DNA from: an uncultured Acidobacteriota bacterium
GTDB taxonomy: Bacteria; Acidobacteriota; Vicinamibacteria; Vicinamibacterales; 2-12-FULL-66-21
Direction of reading: 5' to 3'
NCBI GenBank assembly: GCA_963797625.1
Contig: CAWCQI010000013.1
Location: 28,964-92,963, forward strand
DNA: 64,000 nucleotides
Under the pieces are notes generated by a model. The model made no database searches and was not told where the DNA came from. It worked only from the letters and a program-made list of their open reading frames with translations. Both the position numbers and the translations under genes were made by a program. This document shows positions 49,957 to 61,623 of the stretch, piece by piece. Position 1 is the stretch's first letter. Every line of letters starts with the position of its first letter.

Positions 49957-51238
49957 CTACACCGTTTCCCACCGTCGCGCCAGGGCGCGCGCTCCGGAGA
50001 GAAACACGACCGTCAGACCCACCAGCACCGCCACCTGCGGCCACAATTCCCACACGGCGGCGTCGCGCCAGAAGACTTTCAGATACCCGTCGAGCGCCCA
50101 CGCGTTGAACGTGACCAGCCCGACGCGCTGCATCGTCTCGCTCATGAGAAAGCGCGGAAACATGCTGCCGCCGAGCGCGGACATGGTCAGGATGAGGATC
50201 GTCGAGAAGCCCGAGAGCTGCGCCCGCGACTTGGCAACGGTGGCCAGCATCAGCGCGAGAGCCGCCGCGGCTGCCGAAGTGACCAGCGTCATGACCGCAA
50301 AGCCACCGAGATGCGAAAAGAGCGGCAAACCAAACGCGACGCGTTCCCCACAGGAACATGACGCTCAGCTGCGCGAAGCCGACAACGACCAGGAAGAGCC
50401 ATTTGCCGCCAAGAATCCCGGACATCCCGATGCGCGTGCACAGGAGACGTTCGAGCGTCCCCGACTCCACCTCCTCGAGTAACACACCGCCCGCGGCGCC
50501 AACCATGGAAAACAGCAGGAACATCACGCCGATGCCGGCGGCATAGAACGAGACGAGCGACGCGCGCTGGTCGCCGCTGCGCATGACATCGACGACCTGC
50601 AGATTGACGCCCATCGCCGACGCTCCGCCGCCGGGACTCGCGGACGCTCCTCCCGACCCCGCCTCCGACTTGAGCATGGGAAGCCACGCCTCGACCGCCG
50701 CCTTCTGCTGCGGCGTGAGCTGTCCGGCGTGGGTTTCGAACTGACGGATGCCGCCCTGCATCATGAGATCGGGCGCGGCCGTCATCGCGACTTTCTGCAA
50801 CAGCCCTCCGACCATGTTGGGCGCAACCGGATCGGACGGATCCGCGAGCAGCGCAATCGCCGGCCCGCCGCCGAATCCGGTTCGACCGAACGCCTCACCC
50901 AACCCGCGTGGGATCACGACAGCGATCGGGACATCACCGCTGCGCACCAACCGCTCGGCGCCGGAACGGTCGAGCGGCGGTGCGGCCTTCTCTTCCTCGG
51001 GGGCGGTCCTGACTCGCAAGCCGCTTTCCTTCCGCAAGCCCTCGACGACGCGGCGGCTCAGTTCGGATTGATCTTCGTCGACCACGGCAACGCGGATCCG
51101 CGTCGTCTCCGGGCTGCCCTGGCGGCCAAAGACGGTCGCGAAGATCGAAAAGAAAATGATCGGCAGGAGAAACGTCAGCGCCTGGGCGACCCGATCGCGC
51201 GTCAGGTTGGTCGCGGCGATCCGCATCAGCGTGAGCAT
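49957..51238 (-). CDS. ABC-2-type transporter permease (frame shift near 50335)
   Basis: The N-terminal TM, large periplasmic loop and first TMs are in ORF 49940..51238. The last four TMs (..[20 protein letters not shown]..) are in ORF 49957..50328. Confidence 0.7.
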
Positions 51239-52167
51239 TACTCTCTCAGCTCCCTTCCGGTCAGGTGGATGAAGACCGCCTGGAGGCTCGGACCGCGGAC
51301 GTCGAGATCCTCGACCGAACGGCCGGCCTGGCGCAGGCGGTCGAGCAGCGGCGGCAATTCCGCGCCGACGTCGGTCAGCCGGACGCGCCCGAGTCGCGAA
51401 TCGGCGGGGTCGATCTCGATGCTGCCGGCGTGTTCCGCCGCGAGCGGCGCGTCGACGCGAATCGTCACGAGCCGATGTCGGCCGACCGTCCGGTCGACGA
51501 GCTCCGGCAGGGTTCCCGAGGCGATGACTTTTCCGTGGTCGATGATGACCGTGCGCGAACAGCGCGCCTCGGCTTCTTCGAGGTGGTGCGTCGTCAGCAG
51601 CAGCGACACGCCGGCCGATCGCAAATCGGCGAGCACGTCGTAGATCCGATCGCGGCTCTGCGGATCGACGCCGACGGTTGGCTCGTCGAGCAGGACGATG
51701 CGCGGCTGGTGGACGATGCCGCAGGCGATATTCAGTCGACGGCGCATGCCTCCGGAAAACTGCTTGATCGGCTCGGCCGCGCGATCGGCGAGCCCGGTCC
51801 GCTCCAGTACCCAGTTGACCCGATCAGTGAGCACGCGTCCCGACAGACCCTGGAGGCGGCCAAAGGCGTGGAGGTTCTCGCGCGCGGTGAGCAACGGATA
51901 GAGCGCGACTTCCTGCGGAACGACGCCGACATCCGCGGGGGTGGAACCGCCGGCCACCAGGCGATCGAACAGGCGGACTTCGCCCCCGTCGAGGCGCACG
52001 CGCCCGGTGATCGCGCGAATCAGCGTCGTCTTGCCGGCACCGTTGGGCCCGAGCAGCGCCAGCAGCTCACCTTCGCCGAGATCGAACGATGCGCCGTCGA
52101 GCGCCTTGACCTTGCCGAAGGATTTGGTGGCATTCGACACCGTCAGGACCGGCGTGGGCATAGACAA
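51238..52167 (-). CDS. ABC transporter ATP-binding protein
   Basis: GPNGAGKTT, FSGGMRRRL, LLDEP. Confidence 0.9.
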   Translation of the reverse strand: MSMPTPVLTVSNATKSFGKVKALDGASFDLGEGELLALLGPNGAGKTTLIRAITGRVRLDGGEVRLFDRLVAGGSTPADVGVVPQEVALYPLLTARENLHAFGRLQGLSGRVLTDRVNWVLERTGLADRAAEPIKQFSGGMRRRLNIACGIVHQPRIVLLDEPTVGVDPQSRDRIYDVLADLRSAGVSLLLTTHHLEEAEARCSRTVIIDHGKVIASGTLPELVDRTVGRHRLVTIRVDAPLAAEHAGSIEIDPADSRLGRVRLTDVGAELPPLLDRLRQAGRSVEDLDVRGPSLQAVFIHLTGRELRE

Positions 52168-52275
52168 CTCCAGCGAGCATGCGCGTGACCGTGATCGTGA
52201 AGACGTTACGCCCGAACCGCGCGGTGGGATCGAGTCATCCGGCGAACGGAGGAGGCAGGGCGGTGGACGGCGCGC

Positions 52276-53355
52276 TCAGAGCCGCCCCTTGTCCTTGAGC
52301 CGCTTCTGGAGTGCCTTGCTGCCGATCTTGCCTCTTCTCTTTTCTTCGAGGCGCGCGCGTTCGTCGAGCTGCCGCGCCTGATAGGCCTGCTCGCCAAGGA
52401 ACTTGTGAAAGCTCTCGAGCCGGAAGGCGGGGAGCTCGCCGGCATGCACGGCGGCCCGAACGGCGCAGCCGGGCTCGGTGCCATGCTGGCAGTCCCGAAA
52501 CCGGCACTCGGCGGCGCGCTCCTCGATATCCGCGAACGTCCCGCCGACCGCGTCGCCGGCCTCCCAGAGCTGCAGCTCGCGCATTCCCGGCGTATCGATG
52601 AGCACCCCCTGGTCCGGCAGCATGACGAGCTGTCGCGCGGTGCTGACGTGCCGCCCCCTGCTGTCCGACGCGCGGACCTCGCGCGTGCGCAGCAGCTCGT
52701 GGCCGATGAGCTGATTCACGATTGACGACTTGCCGACACCCGACGAACCGAGGAGCGCACCCGTCTGGCCAGCCCCAAGATATCGCCGCAGCACGTCGAG
52801 ACTCTCCGGACGGCGGCAGGATACCGGGTGCACGTCCACGCCACCCGCCACTCCGCGCACTTCTTCGACGATTGCCGGAATGTCGTCGACCAGATCCGCC
52901 TTGTTCAAGACGATGACCGGCGTCGCGCCGCTGTCCCACGCGACAACGAGGTAGCGTTCGATGCGGCGCGGATTGAAGTCGCCGTCGAGCCCCGACACCA
53001 GAAACACGGTGTCGATGTTGGCCGCGACGATTTGCTCCTCGGTGACATCGCCGGCGGCGCGGCGGGAAAACCGGCTGGAGCGCGGCAGCACGGCGCGAAT
53101 CCGGGCGTCGGCGCCTTCAGCTGCCGGCTCGATCGCGACCCAGTCACCGACGGCCGGAAAATCCACGCGCGCGGTCGCGCGATGGCGGAGGCGACCCGAG
53201 ACCCTGGCCAGCCACTCACCCTCTGCAGCGAACACGCGATAGATGTGTGTGTGCTCGAGCGCGACACGCGCGGGGATCAGGCCCTCGGATGCGTGCGGAG
53301 CGAACGCGTCAGCGCGCGCGTCTGTCCAGCCGAGGGCCGAAAGGTCAATCGCCAT
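52276..53355 (-). CDS. rsgA: Ribosome small-subunit-dependent GTPase A
   Basis: LNKADL, GSSGVGKSS, DTPG, and the zinc knuckle CRFRDCQHGTEPGC. Confidence 0.9.
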   Translation of the reverse strand: MAIDLSALGWTDARADAFAPHASEGLIPARVALEHTHIYRVFAAEGEWLARVSGRLRHRATARVDFPAVGDWVAIEPAAEGADARIRAVLPRSSRFSRRAAGDVTEEQIVAANIDTVFLVSGLDGDFNPRRIERYLVVAWDSGATPVIVLNKADLVDDIPAIVEEVRGVAGGVDVHPVSCRRPESLDVLRRYLGAGQTGALLGSSGVGKSSIVNQLIGHELLRTREVRASDSRGRHVSTARQLVMLPDQGVLIDTPGMRELQLWEAGDAVGGTFADIEERAAECRFRDCQHGTEPGCAVRAAVHAGELPAFRLESFHKFLGEQAYQARQLDERARLEEKRRGKIGSKALQKRLKDKGRL

Positions 53356-53375
53356 GCGATCTCGTCACGTCTTGG

Positions 53376-54014
53376 TCACGTCTTTTTCTCGTCGGGCACG
53401 GGACGCTTCGCGACGGGAATCACGAACTTCTCTGCCGTGTGCGTCTCAGAAAAGCTGACGACCTTGACGTCGACCAGCCCGGCGCGTTTGCCGGCGGCCA
53501 TCGTCTCGGCTTCCGTGATGTCTTTGCGGCCCTTTGGCCGGACGATCCAGACGGCGCCGTCTGGCTTGATGAGCCCGGCGAGCGTCGACATCCTGGCGAG
53601 CGCATCCCGGTGTTCGACGCCGAAGAAGATGAGGTCGACGGGACGACTGGCCGCGGGAGCCTTATTCGTGACCTTTTCCGCCCGCCCCGTCACTTCGGTC
53701 AGGAACGCCTCGTCGGTGACCCCGATCGAGGCGATCGTCATGCCCGGTTTAACGCCCAGCTTGTCGAGGCGTGACGGCGGGCTCGTAATGCGCCTGGCCC
53801 ACTTTTCGGCTGCGCTCCCGATCGCGAACTCCGCCGACTTTTTGCCGAAGCGCACGTACAAGGTGCCGTCGCGTGCCGTCGCTGCACGGATCGTGGCCAA
53901 CGGAATCGCCAGGCGCACGGGACCGCGAAACACGAGATCCTTGTGCTCCAGCCATGCCGTCCCTCGAGACGTCTTGCCGTCGAATGTCATCGTGCAGGTT
54001 GCGTCGTAGCCCAT
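53376..54014 (-). CDS. DUF3052-like hypothetical protein
   Basis: 212-aa intact ORF. The assignment is from recall of the family pattern only. Confidence 0.4.
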   Translation of the reverse strand: MGYDATCTMTFDGKTSRGTAWLEHKDLVFRGPVRLAIPLATIRAATARDGTLYVRFGKKSAEFAIGSAAEKWARRITSPPSRLDKLGVKPGMTIASIGVTDEAFLTEVTGRAEKVTNKAPAASRPVDLIFFGVEHRDALARMSTLAGLIKPDGAVWIVRPKGRKDITEAETMAAGKRAGLVDVKVVSFSETHTAEKFVIPVAKRPVPDEKKT

Positions 54015-54065
54015 CGGAAGAAATTCTGAATGCTGAAGTCTGAATGCTGAAGTGAAGGACGAATG

Positions 54066-54581
54066 TCAGGGACCTGGTTTAGCGCTCGCCAGCCTCGCTC
54101 CGGCATCCTTCAGATAAGTGGCCAGAGTACTCTCGTAGCCGAAGACGAAACGGGACAGGACGCGGAAAAGCGGATTATAGATGGCTCCGTCCTCGGTAAT
54201 CGTCAGCGTGCTGCCACTCGATGCTGCTGACACGGCATAGGTCCAGGTGCCGCCAAAAGGCAGGTCGGGATCCGCGATACGAACGACGAGCAAACGGGGC
54301 GCGTCACTGCGCTCGACGGCGAATGTGATCCGGCCGTTACTTCCCTCCTCGACCCAGACCGGCCGGCCGTCGCGATTGGGCAGACGCTCGACGGTCTTGA
54401 CGTCGCTGCGCCACGACGGAAACTTCTCGACATCGGTCATCAATGCCCAGACGGTTTCAGGGGACGCCTGAAACGACGCCTGTCGAGAGGCCGTGTGTTT
54501 CTCGGGCAGCAGCCAGCCGACGACCAGCGCGGCGACAACCAGGACCGCGATGACGCCGGCTGCGATCCAGAACCATTTCAT
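54066..54581 (-). CDS. SRPBCC (START/polyketide-cyclase-like) protein with an N-terminal TM anchor
   Basis: SPETVWALMTDVEKFPSWRSDV pattern. 4-nt overlap with the marR stop. Confidence 0.65.
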   Translation of the reverse strand: MKWFWIAAGVIAVLVVAALVVGWLLPEKHTASRQASFQASPETVWALMTDVEKFPSWRSDVKTVERLPNRDGRPVWVEEGSNGRITFAVERSDAPRLLVVRIADPDLPFGGTWTYAVSAASSGSTLTITEDGAIYNPLFRVLSRFVFGYESTLATYLKDAGARLASAKPGP

Positions 54582-55081
54582 CGCGCTGCCTCCTGCCTTC
54601 GGCCACTGGCGTCCGGCTTCCGTTCAGCTCGTTCCGCCATCTGCGCTTGCGCAGCACCGGCGAGGAGGCGCAGCCCGTGAATCGCCGCCTCCCGATCCTC
54701 ATCTGACAATCGCCCCACCATCGCTTCGACGAGCGCCGGGTCGAGAACCGAGCTGGCGTCGCGGACGCGTACTCCTGCCGTGGTCAGCCGCACGTGCACG
54801 CGCCGGCGATCGGCGACATCCCGAAGCCGCACGACGTAGCCCTTTCGCTCGAGCCGATCGATCGTCAACGACATCGTTCCGGGCGTGACGCCCATGTGCC
54901 TGGCGAGCCCGTTCAGCGTAATCGGATCGACCTCGTCCAGATGATCCAGGACGCTCGCCTGGTGACGGCTCAGCAGACGACCCGATTGAGGGTCGCGGAC
55001 GTGGCGCGTGTGACACGCGAAATAGATGCGCGGATAGAGGCCCAGGACATCACGCGCCGCAGCCACTTCCGACGTTGGCAT
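54578..55081 (-). CDS. MarR-family transcriptional regulator
   Basis: LSRHQASVLDHL..ITLNGLARHMGVTPGTMSLTIDRLERKGYV..DRRRV. Confidence 0.85.
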   Translation of the reverse strand: MPTSEVAAARDVLGLYPRIYFACHTRHVRDPQSGRLLSRHQASVLDHLDEVDPITLNGLARHMGVTPGTMSLTIDRLERKGYVVRLRDVADRRRVHVRLTTAGVRVRDASSVLDPALVEAMVGRLSDEDREAAIHGLRLLAGAAQAQMAERAERKPDASGRRQEAAR

Positions 55082-55320
55082 GGCACGAGTCTCCCAAAAC
55101 TATTTTGTATTGTCAAAGCAAATTACTTTCCTGCAAATTGTTCTAAACCAGACCGTTGGCACTTCCGTCAAATCCACCGACCGATTACGAACCCCATGAG
55201 AACATGGTGTCCGGATCCGGGACGAAGGCATCTCGGATTCGGTCAGGACCCGGCCACGCGACGTCTGGTTCAGCAAGGCAATCATGAACGCCATCAATAA
55301 CTTACAAGTTACAGCGAGCG

Positions 55321-55336
55321 TGGCAATGGTTTGGCT
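55321..55336 (+). promoter_or_regulatory. Candidate sigma54 (-24/-12) promoter upstream of the efflux operon
   Basis: TGGCAATGGTTTGGCT versus the consensus TGGCACG-N4-TTGCW: GG and GC at the correct spacing. Lies 58 nt before ATG 55394. Confidence 0.45.
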
Positions 55337-55393
55337 TAGCCGATACTGACGCCGGCGTCGTTTCACGTCCGGCACCAGGACAGAGGCAATGCA

Positions 55394-56651
55394 ATGGTAG
55401 ATATAGCGCGCTCCCCGGAAGTCAAACGTAAGAAGAAAATTCGCCGCATCCTCTATGGCGCGGTTGCCTTGGTGGCGATCGTGCTCATTACCGTCGGCGT
55501 CTCGCGGCTCAGGCCCGCAGCGCCAGGCGTCGACCGGGCCACGGTGTGGATCGACACCGTCAAGCGCGGCCCGATGATTCGGCAGGTTCGCGGGTCCGGC
55601 ATCCTGGTCCCTGAAAACATCCGGTGGATTACCGCAACGACGAGCGGCCGCATCGAGCGCCTCGTGCTGCGCCCCGGCGCGACGGTCACGCCAACGACGG
55701 TCATCCTCGAGATGAGCAACCCTGACCTCCAACAGTCGGTCATGGAGGCACAGCTCGCCTTCCGGTCTGCGGAAGCGGCCTTCGAGAATCGGAAGGCCGA
55801 CCTCCAAAGCCAGTTGCTGAAGGAGGAGGCGGGCGTCGTCACCCTGGAATCCCAGTACCGGCAGGCAAGCCTGACGCTCGCGGCAAACGAAGAGCTCTAC
55901 AAAGAGAAGCTGATCTCTGAGCTCCAGTTGAAGCAGTTCCGGGCGAGTGATTCGGACCTGAAGAACCAGTTGTCAGTGGCGCGTCAGCGCCTCGAGATCT
56001 TGAAGACCGGCATAAAGTCGCAGCTCGCGCCGCAGGAAGCCGAGGTCAACCAGCGCCGGGCCGCGATGGAGCTTCGGCTCCGTCAGCTCGATGATCTGAA
56101 AGTCAAGGCGGGCATGAACGGCGTGCTGCAGGTCGTGCCGGTCGAAGTCGGCGCCAGCGTACAAGCAGGCGCCCAGATCGCGCGCGTCGCCGACCCGACG
56201 GTCCTCAAGGCCGAACTGAGGATTGCCGAGACCCAGACCAAGGACATCGCGATCGGCCAGGTCGCCGAAGTCGACACCAGGAACGGCGTCGTCGCCGGCA
56301 AGGTGTCGCGCATCGATCCCGCGTCGGCAAACGGCACCGTCGGCGTCGACATCACGCTCGAAGGCGCGCTGCCCGCCGGGCGCGCGGCCTGACCTGAGCG
56401 TCGACGGCACCGTCCGCCTCCAGAAGCTCGACGACGTGATCTTCGTTGGACGTCCGGCGTTCGGACAGGAGGAGAGCACGATCACGCTCTTCAAGCTGTC
56501 GCCCGACGGCGAGGCCCACCGCACGAAGGTGGTCCTCGGCCGCAGCTCCGTCAATACCATCGAGATCAGAGAAGGTCTCCAGCCGGGGGACCAGGTGATT
56601 CTGTCCGACATGTCTTCGTACGACCAGTTCGACCGGGTCAAACTGAACTAG
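55394..56651 (+). CDS. HlyD/MacA-type periplasmic adaptor (frame shift near 56380)
   Basis: N-terminal TM, coiled-coil hairpin and beta-barrel segments. ORF 55394..56392 continues in ORF 56223..56651 (RPDLSVDGTVRLQKLDDV..). Confidence 0.8.
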
Positions 56652-56706
56652 AGCCACGGATTGCACGGACAACACCGGAGAGCCGCGGATCACACGGACA
56701 ACACGG
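56648..56706. repeat. GTGATCCGT-family element (reverse orientation), near-copy of 5466..5522
   Basis: ctagagccacggattgcacggacaacaccggagagccgcggatcacacggacaacacgg. Its CTAG contains the adaptor gene's TAG stop. Followed by an (AGCTGA)n tract at 56739..56765. Confidence 0.75.
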
Positions 56707-56777
56707 CTCGGTGTTGCGAGATGACGTCCAAGCTGAGAGCTGAAGGCTGATAGCTGAGAGCTAACTATTAAGGAGCG

Positions 56778-57524
56778 ATGATGAACACTGCCGCGCACAC
56801 TCTTATCCACCTCGATGGCGTCACGAAGGTGTTCTTCACCGATGAAGTGGAGACGCACGCGCTTGCCGGGATCCACCTCGAGATCAAGAGCGGGGAGTAC
56901 ATTGCGATCGCTGGGCCGTCGGGCTGCGGCAAGTCCACGCTCCTGTCGATCCTCGGGCTCCTCGATTCGCCGACCGAGGGCAAGTACACCCTGAACGGGA
57001 AAGCCGTCGCCGACCTGCCGCTCTCCGAGCGCGCGCGCGTTCGCAACCGGGAGATCGGCTTCATCTTCCAGAGCTTCAACCTGATCGGCGATCTCAACGT
57101 CTACGAGAACGTCGAGCTGCCGCTCACCTACCGCGGAATGAAGGCGGCCGAGCGCAAGGAGCGGGTGATGGGCGCCCTCGAGAAGGTGGGGATGGCCCAC
57201 CGCGCGAAGCACCTCCCAAGTCAGCTCTCGGGCGGTCAGCAGCAGCGTGTGGCCGTCGCCCGGGCGGTCGGTGGCGCGCCATCGATTCTCCTCGCCGACG
57301 AGCCGACGGGAAACCTCGACTCCAAGAACGGCGAGGCCGTGATGGAGCTGCTTCGCGAGCTGCACCGCGAGGGCGCCACGATCTGCATGGTGACCCACGA
57401 CCCGCGCTACGCGCGTCACGCCGACCGCAGCATCCACCTCTTCGACGGCCGCGTCGTCGAGGAGGACGGCAGCAAGCGGGGCGAGAAGGAGATGGAAGAG
57501 AGCGGCTTCCACATCGAGCACTAA
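56778..57524 (+). CDS. MacB/LolD-type ABC ATP-binding protein
   Basis: GPSGCGKST, LSGGQQQRVAVARA, LADEPTGNLD. Confidence 0.9.
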   Translation: MMNTAAHTLIHLDGVTKVFFTDEVETHALAGIHLEIKSGEYIAIAGPSGCGKSTLLSILGLLDSPTEGKYTLNGKAVADLPLSERARVRNREIGFIFQSFNLIGDLNVYENVELPLTYRGMKAAERKERVMGALEKVGMAHRAKHLPSQLSGGQQQRVAVARAVGGAPSILLADEPTGNLDSKNGEAVMELLRELHREGATICMVTHDPRYARHADRSIHLFDGRVVEEDGSKRGEKEMEESGFHIEH

Positions 57525-57604
57525 GAAACGGACCCGCGGGAACCACCCGCCGTAGCCTTTGGCGAAGGCGGGCGGTTCCCACGTGGCTCTGAGGACCCCG
57601 GACC

Positions 57605-60056
57605 ATGCTTCAGGATCTGCGTTACGGCCTGCGCATGCTGGCCAAGAGCCCCGGGTTCACGGCAATCGCCGTGCTCTCGCTGGCGCTCGGGATTGGCGCC
57701 AACACCGCCATCTTCAGCCTCGTCAACACCGCGCTCCTCAAACCGATCCCGGTCGACGAACCCGAGCGGCTCGCCGCGGTCTTCATGACCGACGAGCGCA
57801 ACCCGGGGAATCTGCCGCTCTCGCACCTGAACTTCAAGGATCTGCGGGACCAGAATCAGGTCTTCACCGAGATGGCGGCGTTCACGTTCGCCCAGGTGAA
57901 CTGGAGCACGGGCACCGAGTCCGAACAGACGCCGCTGCAGGTCGTGAGCGGCAACTACTTCTCGGTACTCGGCGCGCAGACCGCGCTCGGCCGCGCATTC
58001 CTGCCGGAAGAAGATGTGAAGCCAACGCCGGTCGTCGTGCTCAGCCACGGTTTCTGGGAACGCAGCCTCGGACGTGATCCGCAGATCATCGGCAAGACGC
58101 TGACGCTGAATCGCACGGCCTTTACCGTCATCGGCGTCGCGCGACAGGGGTTCTCGGGCACGATTCTCGGTGGCAACCCATCGGGCTGGGTGCCGATGGC
58201 GATGCACGACGTCGTTCAGCCGAACTTCGACTGGTACGAGCAGCGGCGTGGCCTCTTCCTCTTTACCTTCGGCCGCCTGAAGCCGGAGGCCTCCATCGAG
58301 CAGGCGTCGGCTCAGCTGCGAACGGTCTTCGCCGGGCTCGAGCAGGCGTTCCCCGTCGACAACAAGGGACGGAGCGCGGGCGCTGTGCCGCTCGTCGAGG
58401 CCCGGTTGAACCCGCAGGGGCAGGCCGGCGCGCCGGTCGTGCGCCTCTCGATCATCCTCATGGCCGTCGTCGGGATCGTGCTGCTGATTGCGTGCGCAAA
58501 CGTCGCCAATCTGCTGCTCGGGCGCGCGACGCGCCGGCGCAAGGAAATCGCGCTCCGCCTCGCGCTCGGCGCCGGGAGATGGAGGCTCGTCCGGCAGCTC
58601 GTCACCGAGAGCACGCTGCTGTCGGTGGCCGGCGCCGGCCTCGGACTGCTCCTCGCCTATTGGTTGCTCGACGCGCTCGTCGCCACGGATCTGGAGCTGC
58701 CGCTGCCGGTCGGGGACGAGCTCGCCATCGACGGGCGAGTGCTCGTCTTCACGACGACCCTCGCGGTTCTGACCGGCGTGCTCTTTGGCCTGGCGCCGGC
58801 GATCCAGACATCGAAGCCGGACGTCGTGCCGGTGCTCAAGAACGAGATCATCCCGGCCGGCACCACGCATCGCGGCCTGCGCGGCTTCCTCGCGTTGCGG
58901 CAGGTGCTGGTCGTGACGCAGATAGCGCTCTCGCTCGTCTCGCTGGTCGCGGCTGCGGTATTCCTGCGAAGCCTGACGCGCGCGGAACGCACCGACACCG
59001 GGTTCGAGACCCGTGGCGTGCTCGTCATGAACTTCAACCTCGGGCGTGAGGGCTATACGCCGGACCGCGGGCAGATTTTCTACGAACAGGCGGCCGAGCG
59101 GATTGCGGCGCTGCCTGGAGTCACGCGCGCCGCCATCGCGCAGAACGCGCCGCTTGCGGGCGGGCTGCTCCGCAGCGTCTTCCCGGAGGGAGTCGACACG
59201 ACGACCCGCGATCGCATTCTCGTCCAGGTGAACTCGGTCAGCGGCGGCTACTTCGACACGATTGGCATCCCGCTTTTGCGCGGCCGCGACTTCACGCGCG
59301 CCGACACAACCGGGGCGCCGCTCGTGGTGATCGTCAACGAGACCATGGCTGAACGGTTCTGGCCGAACCAGGACGCGATCGGCAAGCGCTTCAAGTTCTT
59401 CGGCGATGCCGGCTTCACGACGATTATCGGCGTCGCCAGGAACAGCAAGTACAACGGGGTCGCCGAGGAGCCGATTCCGTTCATCTACCAGCCGCTCCTG
59501 CAGAACTACACGCCGCAAGCCACGCTCCTCGCGCGCGCCGAGACCCACGCGGCCGGGCTCGCCGGCGCCGTCCGCCGCGAAGTGCGGGAGATCGACCCGA
59601 CGCTCTCACTCTTCAACGTCCGGACGCTGGAAGATCAGGTCTTCGACTCGCTGGCGCCGCTCCGCACGAATGTCGTCATCATGGCCGCGTTCGGCTTGCT
59701 GGCGCTGACGCTCGCGTCGATCGGCCTCTACGGCGTCGCGAGCTACAACGTGACGCAGCGAACGCGCGAGATCGGCGTGCGGATGGCCCTCGGCGCGCAG
59801 GCGCGCCAACGTGCTCCGCTTGATACTTCTGCACGCGGTCCTCCTCGTCGCCGTCGGCGTGGTCACGGGACTCCTCGCGGCGACGGCGCTCATGTCGTTC
59901 GTGCCCGCGGCGCTTCTCCCGAACATCGGCGCACGCGATCCGATGACGTTTGCGGTCACGGCCGCGCTCCTGACCATCGTCGCCCTGATCGCGAGCTGTA
60001 TTCCTGCCTACCGCGCGACGCGGATCGATCCGCTCGTCGCGCTGCGAGCCGACTAA
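57605..60056 (+). CDS. ADOP-family duplicated FtsX/MacB-type permease (frame shift near 59800)
   Basis: N-terminus [19 protein letters not shown]. Two MacB_PCD/FtsX halves. The true C-terminus ([27 protein letters not shown]) is in ORF 59811..60056. Confidence 0.85.
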
Positions 60057-60058
60057 CC

Positions 60059-61483
60059 ATGCTGATCACCGATCACCTCAAAAGCCGCACTGAGTCTCCG
60101 GAACAGCACGCCCGGCATCCGGTGCGTCCAACCGAGCCGCGCGTCCTGATTGCCGACGACCAGCCCGATGTGCTCGAAGCGCTCCGCCTGTTGCTCAAGG
60201 CCGAGGGATTTCAACTCGAGTCGGCGTCGTCGCCGGCCGGGGTGCTCGCGGCCGTCGAGGCCCGAGAGTTCGACGTCGCGCTCATCGATCTCAACTACAC
60301 GCGGGATACCACCTCGGGCGAGGAAGGCCTCAACCTGCTCTCGCGAACGCAGGGACTCGACCCGACACTGCCCGTCGTCGTCATGACGGCCTGGGGCAGC
60401 GTCGAGATTGCCGTCGAGGCGATGCGCCGGGGCGCGCGCGATTTCATCCAGAAGCCCTGGGACAACGCGCGCCTCCTCGCCATCATCAGGACGCAGATCG
60501 AACTGAGCCAGGCGCTCCGCAAGGGTCAACGGCTCGAAGCGGAGAACTCCCTGCTTCGGAGCGAAGGGTTCCCCAAGATCGTCGCCGAATCCCCGGCGAT
60601 GCAGAACGTCCTGCAAGTTATCTCGCGCGTCGGGCCGTCGGACGCCAACGTCCTCGTGCTTGGCGAGAACGGCACGGGCAAGGGGGTCGTGGCGCGAGCC
60701 CTCCACTCGGTGTCCAGCCGCGCGTCCAGGCCGATGGTGGTCGTCAATTCCGGCGGCGTGTCGGAGGGCGTGTTCGAGAGCGAGCTCTTCGGCCACGTCC
60801 GGGGCGCTTTTACGGACGCAAAGGCGGATCGCGTCGGCCGCTTCGAGCTCGCCGACCAGGGCACGCTGTTCCTCGACGAGATCGCCAACGTTCCGCTCAG
60901 CCAGCAGAACAAGCTGCTGCGCGTGATCGAAACCGGAGAGTTCGAGCGCCTCGGATCCTCGCGCACGCGGCGCGTCGATGTCCGGATCCTTTCGGCCACC
61001 AACGCCAATATCCCCGAAGAGGTCACGACCGGGCGATTCCGTCAGGATCTGCTCTTCCGCCTCAACACGATCGAGATCCGCCTGCCGCCGCTGCGCGACC
61101 GGCGCGAAGACACGCCGCTGCTCGCCCAGCACTTCCTGCGGCAGCACGCGCAGCGCTATCGCAAGCGGCTGACCGGCTTCGAAAGCGGCGCGATGCAGAT
61201 CCTCCTCGAGCACCCGTGGCCCGGCAACGTCCGCGAGCTCGATCACGCGATCGAGCGCGCCGTGCTGATGGCGCAGGGACCGCTCGTCAAGCCGGGCGAC
61301 CTCGGCCTCCGGACGAGCCGCGAAGGTGGCGGCCGGCTCGAGGACATGAGCCTCGAAGAAGTCGAGTGCTTCCTGATCAAGAAGGCCATGACGCGTTTCG
61401 ACGGCAACGTCAGTCAGGCCGCCAAGGCGCTCGGCCTGAGCCGCAGCGCGCTCTACCGGCGGCTTCAGCGATATGGACTCTAG
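60059..61483 (+). CDS. Sigma54-dependent response regulator (NtrC family)
   Basis: Receiver domain (DVALIDLNY), AAA+ [14 protein letters not shown] loop, ESELFGH, C-terminal Fis-type HTH. ATG lies 3 nt after the permease stop. Confidence 0.9.
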   Translation: MLITDHLKSRTESPEQHARHPVRPTEPRVLIADDQPDVLEALRLLLKAEGFQLESASSPAGVLAAVEAREFDVALIDLNYTRDTTSGEEGLNLLSRTQGLDPTLPVVVMTAWGSVEIAVEAMRRGARDFIQKPWDNARLLAIIRTQIELSQALRKGQRLEAENSLLRSEGFPKIVAESPAMQNVLQVISRVGPSDANVLVLGENGTGKGVVARALHSVSSRASRPMVVVNSGGVSEGVFESELFGHVRGAFTDAKADRVGRFELADQGTLFLDEIANVPLSQQNKLLRVIETGEFERLGSSRTRRVDVRILSATNANIPEEVTTGRFRQDLLFRLNTIEIRLPPLRDRREDTPLLAQHFLRQHAQRYRKRLTGFESGAMQILLEHPWPGNVRELDHAIERAVLMAQGPLVKPGDLGLRTSREGGGRLEDMSLEEVECFLIKKAMTRFDGNVSQAAKALGLSRSALYRRLQRYGL

Positions 61484-61484
61484 C

Positions 61485-61623
61485 GGGTTCAAGAGGTTCA
61501 AGGTTCAGGGTTCAAGGGGTTCAGGGTTCAGGGTTCAGGGTTCGCATTCAGCGATACACTCAAGCCTGAGCTTCGACCGTGAACCTCTTGAACCCTGAAC
61601 CGTGAACCCTGAACCTTGAACCC
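61485..61623. repeat. Long hairpin with (GGTTCA)n / (TGAACC)n arms between regulator and kinase genes
   Basis: gggttcaagaggttcaaggttcagggttcaaggggttcagggttcagggttcagggttc pairs with gtgaacctcttgaaccctgaaccgtgaaccctgaaccttgaaccc. Confidence 0.8.

Noticed and set aside
55157-55172. Second sigma54-like site, TGGCACTTCCGTCAAA.
   Set aside because: It has a good -24 TGGCAC, but the -12 position reads TCAA and lacks the essential GC. The site at 55321..55336 fits better.
57605-61483. 1292-aa ORF suggesting a permease fused to a sigma54 activator.
   Set aside because: After ~59800 the reading is Arg-rich nonsense. The real permease C-terminus (..[15 protein letters not shown]) is in ORF 59811..60056 and stops at 60056. 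The regulator has its own ATG at 60059, which happens to be in the same frame as 57605.
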